Of a stretch of DNA of 40,676 bases, positions 1 to 6,653 are shown piece by piece. The notes under the pieces were generated by a model. The model worked only from the letters and a program-made list of their open reading frames with translations, had not been told where the DNA came from and made no database searches. Numbering within the stretch: position 1 is the first letter of the stretch; every line of letters starts with the position of its first letter. Source of the stretch: a virus; IMG/VR virus record IMGVR_UViG_3300021058_000001, positions 1 through 40,676 of that record. One strand, written 5' to 3'. The position numbers and the translations under genes were made by a program.

Positions 1-127
1 CCCCGCCGCAACAAAGCGCGGCGCCCGCCGGTGGCGCCAGCGCCGCCGGGCCGGTGATGGCTTAACCTTTTGTTGGTTGACTTTTTCAACGACGCACCCG
101 CTTTTTCACCAGCCAGTCGCGTTGATC
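1..127. repeat. Exact 127-bp terminal duplication, copy 1 (identical to 40550..40676)
   Basis: Base-by-base comparison of 1..127 with 40550..40676 shows identity. The repeat begins and ends exactly at the window edges. Confidence 0.95.
76..113 (+). promoter_or_regulatory. Candidate early-left promoter/operator box (PL-like)
   Basis: Reads GTTGAC-N19-CTTTTTCACCAGC. The same architecture and spacing occur on the opposite strand at 39632..39669, with about 28/38 identities by hand alignment and the last 13 bp identical. It contains a GTTGA-N5-TCAAC dyad over the -35-like TTGAC. It lies upstream of the first plus-strand gene. Confidence 0.45.
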
Positions 128-217
128 GGAGCCGGGCCGCCCATATCCGTTGTCTCAGCAGCGGGCGGAGGGGTCGGGGATCAACGCGGCGGGCGACCAC
201 CAACGGGAGGAAGCGCG

Positions 218-571
218 ATGACGCCGTCTGTCTATGAAACCGGGCCGCTCAAGGGCCTGCCGCTGCGGGGGCCGCTGCCCCGCGTGACGCTCGCCCGCCC
301 CGTCGCGGTCGAGGATCTTCCCGAAAGCCTCCAGCACCGGGTCACGCGCCCCCCGCTTCGCCGCCAGGCCATGACGAACAGCTGGCCCTGCGTCGGCGAC
401 CCGGCCCTCAATGACCAGCTGGACATTCCCGGCATCCCGGCCGACGCGCCGCCGCCGCCGATCGAGGTCACGGACGCCCGCCCCTTCCGGTCGGCCACGC
501 CCGTCATCGTCATCATCATCGCCTGCACCGTCCTGATTTTCGCGGTCCGTATGCTGGGGCTCCCGTCGTGA
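218..571 (+). CDS. Hypothetical protein with C-terminal transmembrane anchor (117 aa)
   Basis: ATG at 218 is preceded by GGGAGGAAG (205..213). The C-terminal hydrophobic segment is VIVIIIACTVLIFAVRMLGL. The stop overlaps the next start (GTGA). The TTG-77 extension in the ORF track overlaps the promoter-like box and was not used. Confidence 0.6.
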   Translation: MTPSVYETGPLKGLPLRGPLPRVTLARPVAVEDLPESLQHRVTRPPLRRQAMTNSWPCVGDPALNDQLDIPGIPADAPPPPIEVTDARPFRSATPVIVIIIACTVLIFAVRMLGLPS

Positions 572-981
572 GCGTCATTCCGCCGAACCGGGTCTATGCC
601 GAGGCCGTCAACATCGACGAACAGATGGCCGCCGCCTCGATCCTTCTCGACCTGACCCACGAAGGACTGTCCGATCAACCGGGCTGGGCTGACGAAGACC
701 CCCGGCAACAGGCCCTCGACGCCGCCGTGGCGGCCGTCCGTCGGGTCATCGGCGCCACCGTCCAGGCCGCGCCGCCCAATCAGGCCCGCGTCCTTGGCGT
801 GGCCCTGGCTTCCTGTCTCGGAGACTGCGTCGGCCAGCTGCTCAAGGGCCTGCCCGACGTCGTCGTCCAGCGCGCGCTCAACGAACACTACCAACGCCTG
901 CTTCTCGCCATCGGCGCGGACCCGACCCGCTCCGGCGTGGATATCACCACCAGCTCGGGACAGAGGGAGAACCTGAATTGA
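568..981 (+). CDS. Hypothetical protein (137 aa)
   Basis: GTG start overlaps the upstream stop (GTGA). GC3 is high and it shares orientation with the operon. No recognisable motif. Confidence 0.55.
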   Translation: MSVIPPNRVYAEAVNIDEQMAAASILLDLTHEGLSDQPGWADEDPRQQALDAAVAAVRRVIGATVQAAPPNQARVLGVALASCLGDCVGQLLKGLPDVVVQRALNEHYQRLLLAIGADPTRSGVDITTSSGQRENLN

Positions 982-1712
982 CCAAGAAACCCACCACGCG
1001 CACGAACCCGCCCGACCGCGACGGCGACGGCGCTCCCGGCGGCTCCCTGCCCGGCAACGAAACCGTGGACGCCGCCAAGGGACCGGCCCCGGAAACTGCA
1101 CCGGCCGACGCCGAGGCCGCGCCGGAAACTGCACCGGCCGAGGCGGCGCCAGAGCCGGAAACCGCTGGCGAGCGCGACGTCGCGACGGACGAAACCGCAC
1201 CGGCCGAGGACGCGATCGACGCCGACACCGCCGGCGCGATCGAGGGCCGCGTTCGCGCACCGTCGGACGATCATGTTCACGAACCCGCCCTGACCGATCC
1301 GACGGCGGCCGCGATCGAGACCTTCACCGGCGACGGCGGCGACACCTTCACCGCCGAGGAAATCGCGGCGGGCCAGACGCCCGTGGTCGAACAGGAGGGC
1401 GAGGCCGTGGTCACGGCGGCCGAGGCGGCGGAAGCGGGCCAGGCCGAACTGGCCACGGTCGAACCCGAAGGCCCCGCCGATCTGCCCGTCGCCGTCCGGC
1501 TGGATGAACTGTCGCGGCTGGTCGACAACCGCTGGCTCTACAAGAGCAAGGACGGCTACAGCCCCAGCTATTCGGCCCCCTATGTCTCGCAAGAGACGAT
1601 CGACGTCTGGCTGGCAAACGGCCTGGCCGAGGCCCGTCCTTCCGCCGGGCGCGAGGGCGGCGTCTTCGTCACCGACAAGGCCCGCCGGGCCGTGACGCGG
1701 GGGGCGTGGTGA
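978..1712 (+). CDS. Strongly acidic, low-complexity hypothetical protein (244 aa)
   Basis: TTG start overlaps the upstream stop, with SD GAGGGAGA at 963..970. The N-terminal two thirds are rich in D/E/A/P/T and include APETAPA repeats. The C-terminal ~70 aa look globular. Confidence 0.6.
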   Translation: MTKKPTTRTNPPDRDGDGAPGGSLPGNETVDAAKGPAPETAPADAEAAPETAPAEAAPEPETAGERDVATDETAPAEDAIDADTAGAIEGRVRAPSDDHVHEPALTDPTAAAIETFTGDGGDTFTAEEIAAGQTPVVEQEGEAVVTAAEAAEAGQAELATVEPEGPADLPVAVRLDELSRLVDNRWLYKSKDGYSPSYSAPYVSQETIDVWLANGLAEARPSAGREGGVFVTDKARRAVTRGAW

Positions 1713-1831
1713 TGACGGCCGGGGACTTCGCCGAGGCCGTCGGGATCATCGCCTTGGCGGTGTGCGCCGGGACGACCATCGGCCTGGCCCTTGGCGCCCT
1801 CATCAAACGCTGGCGGAAAGACCGCGACTGA
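1712..1831 (+). CDS. Small single-pass membrane peptide (39 aa, below the ORF-track cutoff)
   Basis: The ATG overlaps the upstream stop by 1 nt (TGATG) and its stop overlaps the next ATG the same way. Sequence is MTAGDFAEAVGIIALAVCAGTTIGLALGALIKRWRKDRD, a hydrophobic core followed by a basic tail. GC3 is high. Confidence 0.45.
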   Translation: MTAGDFAEAVGIIALAVCAGTTIGLALGALIKRWRKDRD

Positions 1832-2133
1832 TGCCCGACGCCGACGCCCTCGATCTGGACGGCGCCGCCGCCCTGCTGGGCGTCAGCTATGACTGGCTGC
1901 AACGCCACTGGCGCCGCACGCCCGGCTTCCCCCCGCCGTATGTCGGCGGGGGGAGAGGCCAGCGCCCGCGCTGGGCGCGCGCCGTCATTCTCGAATTCAA
2001 GCTGGGCCGCCGCTGGGGCGCGGATGCGCGCGCGACGCCCGCCCCCTCATTCCAGTTTCCGCCCGCGAACGACGCCGTCCGCACCCCGATCGCCGACCCC
2101 GTCGCGGCCCTGCTCGCCGCCGCTGGAGGCTGA
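1831..2133 (+). CDS. xis: AlpA/Xis-like excisionase / MerR-type HTH DNA-binding protein (100 aa)
   Basis: Internal ATG of ORF 1762..2133, coupled to the upstream stop. The motif LLGVSYDWLQRHWRRTPGFPPPY...RPRWARAVILEF matches the HTH_17/AlpA pattern (LGVS..TLYRW...FP.P....RW....V..W). It lies ~500 bp upstream of int. Confidence 0.65.
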   Translation: MPDADALDLDGAAALLGVSYDWLQRHWRRTPGFPPPYVGGGRGQRPRWARAVILEFKLGRRWGADARATPAPSFQFPPANDAVRTPIADPVAALLAAAGG

Positions 2134-2137
2134 CCCC

Positions 2138-2347
2138 ATGACCGTCAGCTGGCCGCGCCTCACGCCGCCCTCGCTCTGGCCCTGTGGCCATCCGCGATCG
2201 CCCGGCAACACCCAATCCGTCGGCAAGGGCGGTCAGGTCCGGTGCCGCGAGTGTCGCCGCCGCATCGCCCGCGAAAGCCGCCGCCGCTGTTTCGTCCCCA
2301 AGCGGCCGCCCCGGCCGCGCTTGTCGCCGGACTCCGCTCCGGTCTAG
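2138..2347 (+). CDS. Small Cys/His protein with HNH-like / zinc-ribbon-like motif (69 aa)
   Basis: Internal ATG of ORF 1889..2347. The motif CGHPRSPGNT...GQVRCRECRR resembles the C-x-H...N...C-x2-C signature of short HNH/zinc-finger modules. Confidence 0.35.
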   Translation: MTVSWPRLTPPSLWPCGHPRSPGNTQSVGKGGQVRCRECRRRIARESRRRCFVPKRPPRPRLSPDSAPV

Positions 2348-2379
2348 GCTCCCTCCGCTCCAAACAAAGGGCACGCTCC

Positions 2380-2643
2380 ATGCTCGAATATCACTCCAAG
2401 CGCAGCTTCGGTCCGGCTCCCGAGCCGCTGCCCAGCGAGATCGCCATGTACCTGTGCCTCTCGCCGATCGTCGCTGAATTCAAAAGCGACCCCATGTCGG
2501 TCCAGTGTTTCGACCTGCGCGTCGTCGCCCGCGCGAAATGGATCGTTGAGAAATTCGAGGGGCGGTTTGCCCGGTGGATGCAGGACAATCCTGACGACGT
2601 CAACATGGTCCGCGACCTGGTCTGCGGCGCGACGAACACATGA
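2380..2643 (+). CDS. Hypothetical protein (87 aa)
   Basis: ATG at 2380 within ORF 2242..2643. Its stop overlaps the integrase ATG (ATGA). The translation looks protein-like (MLEYHSKRSFGP...). Confidence 0.5.
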   Translation: MLEYHSKRSFGPAPEPLPSEIAMYLCLSPIVAEFKSDPMSVQCFDLRVVARAKWIVEKFEGRFARWMQDNPDDVNMVRDLVCGATNT

Positions 2644-3983
2644 CCCGCCGCCCGGCCGCCCCGGCCAATCTCCGCAACGGCCTGAAATGGCGCGACGGCC
2701 GCCCTCGCTGGGAACCGTCGCCCGCCAACCGCGCCTGCGGCTTCTCCGGCATGGACCTGAAGGACGCGGACGGGGCCTGGCTTGACCGGGGCGCGGCGAC
2801 CACGGCGGCCGACAGCCGCACCCTGTGGGCCTCCTTCGTGCGCGAGGCGATGCGCGACACCGACGCCGGCGGCAAGGCCCGCGGTCATCTGCGCCGTGCG
2901 CTGGAGCTGCTGCCGCCCCTGTCCGAGGACCGCGACGCCCGCTTTCGCCGCCAGCTGGTCGCCGACCTGATCGAGCGCGGCCGCGCCGTGCTGGAGGATC
3001 GCGAGCCCGATGTGACCGCCGCCCTGTCGCGCGGCCCGCGCACGGTGCAAGCCATGGTCGACGGCTTCTTCGCCGATCGCGCGGCCATGCTCGAGATAAA
3101 GCCCGCGACCCAGCGCGCCTATAAATCCTGCGGGCGGCGGCTGGCGGCCAAATTCGGCGGGCGGCCGGTGGATCAGGTGACGCCCGGCGACCTTCGCGAC
3201 TGGCACAAGGAACTGGTGCGCGAGGTCTCGATCGCCACGGCCAACCTGACGATGGGCGCGGCCGGGGCCTTCTTCGCCTGGGCGACGTGGCAGAACCCGC
3301 CCTGGCTGGCGACCACGCCGGTTCAACGGCTGCGCCTTCCCAAGGCGCGCGGGCGCCGGGTCTTCTACACCGTGGCCGAGGAAACGGCCTTCGTCAGCTG
3401 GTGCGACGCCAACGGCTTCGCCGATGTGGGCGACGCCTATACCGCCTGTCTGTGGACCGGCGCCCGACAGATTGACGTCTGCGCCGCCGCCCTGCCCGAT
3501 CTGGAACGCCCGACCTGGCGCTATGTCCCGATCAAGACCGAGAAGAAGGAACAGGTGGCCCTGCCGGGCGTCCTGCCCGTCGTCGCCGCCCGCGTGGCCC
3601 GGCGCCGGGCCGAGGCCGACGCCTCGTCGGTGCGCCATCTGAACGCCCCGCCCTTCCTGTGGAACCCGATCACCGGACGGCGGCACACAAGCCAATCCAT
3701 CGGCGACCGCTTCCGCGAGGCCAAGGGCCTTGCGCTGGCCGCGGGCGCGGTCCCGGCCACCTTCGGCGACAAGACCCTGCAGGACACCCGCGACACCTGC
3801 GTTACCCGCCTCTATGCCGCCGGGGTGACCCTCGCGCGCATCGGCAGCTGGGGCGGCTGGTCGAACCCCGACAAGATCCTGCGCGAACACTATCTGTCGC
3901 TGCTGGATGAAGGCGCCATCGAGGACGGCCAGAAGCTGCGCTCCTGGGCGCTCGATCAGGGCCTCGCCTGGGCGTCGGCTTAG
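2640..3983 (+). CDS. int: Tyrosine recombinase / phage integrase (447 aa)
   Basis: Catalytic-domain pattern: TGARQID (Arg I), LQDTRDTCVTRL (box with Arg II), and GSWGGWSNPDKILREHYLS (W in place of His II, with the Tyr nucleophile). A SAM-like core-binding region sits upstream. Xis and an attP-like region are adjacent. Confidence 0.85.
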   Translation: MTRRPAAPANLRNGLKWRDGRPRWEPSPANRACGFSGMDLKDADGAWLDRGAATTAADSRTLWASFVREAMRDTDAGGKARGHLRRALELLPPLSEDRDARFRRQLVADLIERGRAVLEDREPDVTAALSRGPRTVQAMVDGFFADRAAMLEIKPATQRAYKSCGRRLAAKFGGRPVDQVTPGDLRDWHKELVREVSIATANLTMGAAGAFFAWATWQNPPWLATTPVQRLRLPKARGRRVFYTVAEETAFVSWCDANGFADVGDAYTACLWTGARQIDVCAAALPDLERPTWRYVPIKTEKKEQVALPGVLPVVAARVARRRAEADASSVRHLNAPPFLWNPITGRRHTSQSIGDRFREAKGLALAAGAVPATFGDKTLQDTRDTCVTRLYAAGVTLARIGSWGGWSNPDKILREHYLSLLDEGAIEDGQKLRSWALDQGLAWASA

Positions 3984-3993
3984 GGGGACGGCG

Positions 3994-4323
3994 ATGCGCG
4001 TGACCCTCGGACCTGTCACCTTTGACGACGGCAACCCCCATGAGCCGGGGCCGGCCGCGTTTCCGAACGGCCCCACGGTGTACGTCTTCAACGATTGGGG
4101 CCAGGCCAGGTCCATCATGCAAGAGCAGATGACCATGACAGGGCCCTTCTCGCCGGACGGCAAATCAATGATCTACACGGTGCGCAGCGACCCGGAGGCG
4201 TTCATCGGGCTCGAACCGGGGGCAATCGTGAACTATGCCACCGACCCTTGGCCCCCCGCCTTGAGGGAGGTCCTGATCTGGCGCGCGGCCCGCGCACGGA
4301 TCGAGATTGAACACCGACGCTGA
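3994..4323 (+). CDS. Hypothetical protein between int and attP-like region (109 aa, moron position)
   Basis: ATG at 3994 with GGGGGA just upstream. GC3 is high. No motif recognised. Confidence 0.5.
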   Translation: MRVTLGPVTFDDGNPHEPGPAAFPNGPTVYVFNDWGQARSIMQEQMTMTGPFSPDGKSMIYTVRSDPEAFIGLEPGAIVNYATDPWPPALREVLIWRAARARIEIEHRR

Positions 4324-4338
4324 GAACAAACGAGGCCC

Positions 4339-4543
4339 CAAAGTCGGACGTCCGACTTTGAAAAAGTCGGAAATCGGCCCCGAAGTCGGACGGACCCCTG
4401 ACGCCACAAGGGCTTAGGCGAAAAGTATTAAGGAGGCGGGATAAGCGGTTCTTAACGGCCCGCTCCCTGCCCGTCACTGAAAACAAACACTTATCCGCCG
4501 CGCGGTTTCCGACTTCGTGTTTAAGTGTCGGGCGAAGTCGGAC
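4339..4543. promoter_or_regulatory. Candidate attP region with arm-type repeat array (AAGTCGGAC)
   Basis: A non-coding gap between the convergent int operon and the late operon. It contains:
- a perfect 22-bp palindrome, CAAAGTCGGACGTCCGACTTTG, at 4339..4360
- further copies at 4364..4371, 4383..4391 and 4535..4543 (all +) and 4508..4515 (-)

These flank a more AT-rich centre at 4395..4507. Confidence 0.45.
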
Positions 4544-4593
4544 GGGATCGGGCGGCGTCGGCGCCTGTCGCGGGCGGCAGTCGGATAGCAGAA

Positions 4594-4659
4594 CGCCCCG
4601 GGGCCGCTCCAACCCCGGGGCGCTCACTCGTCCGGCGGCGGGTCGGGCTCGCCGCCGGA
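4594..4659 (-). terminator. Tandem GC-rich hairpins ending the late operon
   Basis: Hairpin 1 is 4631..4659 (TCCGGCGGCG / CGCCGCCGGA, 9-nt loop), starting 9 nt after the stop of 4668..5213. Hairpin 2 is 4594..4622 (CGCCCCGGGG / CCCCGGGGCG). On the minus strand hairpin 2 is followed by TTCTGCTATCC, a weak U tract. Confidence 0.5.
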
Positions 4660-4667
4660 GAGGACCC

Positions 4668-5213
4668 TTACGCCTCGAAGGCGATCCAGTTGACCTTCAG
4701 GCTGAAGGTGGTGGCGGCGACGTGGGTGGCGTCGGCGTCGGTGTTCTTCCAGCTCTTGAGCAGGAAGGAACCGGCCGCGGGCGCGCCGGCCTGGTCGCCG
4801 ATATTGCCGGTGACATACATGGCGCCGTCGACCGGATCGTCATTCAGGCTGACGATGACGCCCGCGAGGGCGCCCAGGCCGGTGGCGACGGTGTCGTTCT
4901 CATCGACCGTGGTGTGCTGGCCGCGCGCGATGCGACCGCCGCCGCCGCCGGTGATGATCGCCGTGGTGACATTGCCCGTCGCCGGGGCGGCCGTGACGGT
5001 CAGGATGCCGTAGTCGGTGGCGCTGTCGCCGACGACCACGATGCGGTCCCCGACCTTCAGGAGGCCGCGGGCGTCGTTGAAGTAACCGGCGGCGGCGGCG
5101 GCGGCGACCGTGTCGGCGACCCCCTCATAGTGCCACAGCTGGCGGCCGTTTTTGGCGGACGGGGCGGGCTTCAGCTCCGCGACCTTCGACAGTTGGGTTT
5201 CGGCGAAGCTCAT
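4668..5213 (-). CDS. Hypothetical protein, last gene of late operon (181 aa)
   Basis: ATG with SD GAGGAG. It is separated from the upstream gene by a strong hairpin at 5269..5300. No family recognised. Confidence 0.65.
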   Translation of the reverse strand: MSFAETQLSKVAELKPAPSAKNGRQLWHYEGVADTVAAAAAAGYFNDARGLLKVGDRIVVVGDSATDYGILTVTAAPATGNVTTAIITGGGGGRIARGQHTTVDENDTVATGLGALAGVIVSLNDDPVDGAMYVTGNIGDQAGAPAAGSFLLKSWKNTDADATHVAATTFSLKVNWIAFEA

Positions 5214-5299
5214 GGCCTCGATCTCCTCGGGTGGATCGCCCCGGCGGCGATCAGGAAGGACAGGCTACGGCCGGGCGCGGGGCTGCAACGCGCCCCGGC

Positions 5300-6103
5300 C
5301 TACAGCCATTCGATCAGGATGAAGCCCGGCGCTCCGGCCCCGCCTGCGGCGTTGCCGCCGCCGCCGCCGCCGCCCGCGCCATAGGCCGTGGCGGCCGCCG
5401 CCGCGCCCGCGACCGTATCGGCCCCGCCCACGCCGCCGTCGCCCCAGGGCGTGCAACCGCCCGCGCCGCCGCCCTTGGCGCCGACGCCGCCCAGGACGCC
5501 GCCGGACGCGAGGAAGGACCGCGACGGCCCGCCCGGCCCGCCGCCGGTGCCAGCGCCCGCGCCGCCCCCGGTGCCGGTCTCCGAAACGCCGCTGATCCCC
5601 GGAACGCCGGACACGGCCCCGCCGTCCGCGTCGCCGCCGCCGCCGGTGCCGAAGCTGGTCAGGGCGTAGCCGGTGGAGCCCGAGCCGCCGCCGCTGCCGC
5701 CGTTGGTCGCGGCGCCGACCGTGCCCTGAACGCCGGCGAAGGCGGACGGCAGGGCATGAAGCCCGCCCTCCAGCTTGGTCAGTCCGCCGGGCGAACCGGA
5801 CGCGCCGACCGCGCCGCCTGCGCCGCCCGCGCCGATCGTCGCCGTCAGCTCGGACCCCGGTTCGACCGCCAGCAACAGGTTGCGCAGCGGGCAACCCGCG
5901 CCGCCGCCGCCGCCGCCGCCGCCCGTCGCATGGCCGCCGCCGCCGCCGGCGCCGCCGCCCTGAAGGGTGACGCGGGCGCCGGTGGCCCAATCGGGGACCG
6001 TGACCGCGCCGCTGACGGTGATCCGCTGCACGCGCTCGATCGCGGCGCCGTCAGCGCCAACAAGGGTGGCGCGGATGGGCGGGGACACGCGGGGGTGAAC
6101 CAT
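5300..6103 (-). CDS. Glycine-rich domain protein (267 aa)
   Basis: The N-terminal beta-like segment (VTVPDWATGARVTLQGGGAGGGGG) is followed by long Gly/Ala/Ser runs and a C-terminal GAPGFILIEWL. This is the pattern of phage-associated glycine-rich proteins. All other frames here are shadow ORFs. Confidence 0.6.
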   Translation of the reverse strand: MVHPRVSPPIRATLVGADGAAIERVQRITVSGAVTVPDWATGARVTLQGGGAGGGGGHATGGGGGGGGAGCPLRNLLLAVEPGSELTATIGAGGAGGAVGASGSPGGLTKLEGGLHALPSAFAGVQGTVGAATNGGSGGGSGSTGYALTSFGTGGGGDADGGAVSGVPGISGVSETGTGGGAGAGTGGGPGGPSRSFLASGGVLGGVGAKGGGAGGCTPWGDGGVGGADTVAGAAAAATAYGAGGGGGGGNAAGGAGAPGFILIEWL

Positions 6104-6107
6104 GGTC

Positions 6108-6653
6108 TCAGTCTCCGGTTTCGGGGCTATTGGCCAGGCGCTGCTGCTCGCGCACCCAGGCCTGCAAGGCGATCAGCTGTTGGGCGTTGGCGTGGGCGTC
6201 GCCGTAGTTGTCGACGATGCCGACGGCGGCGGCAGAGAGCGCAAGACCCGAGGGGGCGTCATCAGCGAGGCCGGAGGGTTCGGGAACCGGGCGTCCGGCG
6301 GCGGCGGCGTCGTGGAGCCGCACGAAGCCAACAGGCACGATGCAGCGATCATCAGCGTCAGGCGTGACATAGACAGGAACCTCGCGGATCAGGGTTTGGG
6401 TGACGGTGCGGATCCGCACCTGGGCCTCGGCGGCCTGCGTCTCGATGCGGCTGGTCACGTCGGCCTGGGCGCGCTCGCGATAGACGATGCGCTCCACCAC
6501 CTTGACGCGGTCATTCGCGGCGGCCTCGCCGTCGGCGCCCGCCTTCCAGTCGCGCACGGTCCAGCCGGAGCCGAAGCCGACCGCCAGCATGGCGGCCGCC
6601 ACGGCGGCGTAGCCTTTCCAGCCCGCGAGGGCCTTGAGCAGCGGGGCGATCAT
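6108..6653 (-). CDS. Rz: Rz-like i-spanin (181 aa)
   Basis: N-terminal TM segment (YAAVAAAMLAVGFGSGW) followed by a coiled-coil-like region. It lies immediately after the endolysin, with an Rz1-type lipoprotein gene embedded in another frame. Start is ATG 6653, or GTG 6656 overlapping the endolysin stop. Confidence 0.7.
   Translation of the reverse strand: MIAPLLKALAGWKGYAAVAAAMLAVGFGSGWTVRDWKAGADGEAAANDRVKVVERIVYRERAQADVTSRIETQAAEAQVRIRTVTQTLIREVPVYVTPDADDRCIVPVGFVRLHDAAAAGRPVPEPSGLADDAPSGLALSAAAVGIVDNYGDAHANAQQLIALQAWVREQQRLANSPETGD
6173..6370 (-). CDS. Rz1: Rz1-like o-spanin lipoprotein embedded within Rz (65 aa)
   Basis: Signal peptide plus lipobox MSRLTLMIAASCLLASC, then a Pro-rich mature part. 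It lies wholly inside the Rz gene in a different frame. SD GAGG is upstream. Confidence 0.7.
   Translation of the reverse strand: MSRLTLMIAASCLLASCGSTTPPPPDARFPNPPASLMTPPRVLRSLPPPSASSTTTATPTPTPNS

Noticed and set aside
77-217. N-terminal extension of the first ORF (TTG at 77) and the analogous extension of the cro-like ORF (39609..39668)
   Set aside because: Both extensions are translations of the twin promoter/operator boxes, which is why they share the peptide HPLFHQ. Downstream ATGs at 218 and 39608 have proper SD sequences.
2391-4163. 590-aa minus-strand ORF covering the integrase locus
   Set aside because: It is antisense to a gene with clear tyrosine-recombinase motifs. Its translation is an Arg/Gly/Ala/Pro-rich, low-information sequence typical of shadow frames in very GC-rich DNA. 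It has no SD and no coupling to neighbouring genes.
4395-4510. tRNA gene or tRNA 3' fragment as attP core
   Set aside because: By eye I could find no T-arm-like GGTTCGAATCC-type motif and no cloverleaf-compatible pairings. The region remains only a positional attP candidate.
5231-6367. Alternative frames across the glycine-rich gene (5231..6367 plus, 5265..5990 minus, 5388..5669 plus)
   Set aside because: GGC/GCC-rich DNA is open in nearly all frames. Only the 5300..6103 minus frame has an ATG abutting the Rz stop region, non-repetitive ordered termini and a plausible C-terminal motif. The other frames give poly-Arg, poly-Pro or poly-Ala nonsense.
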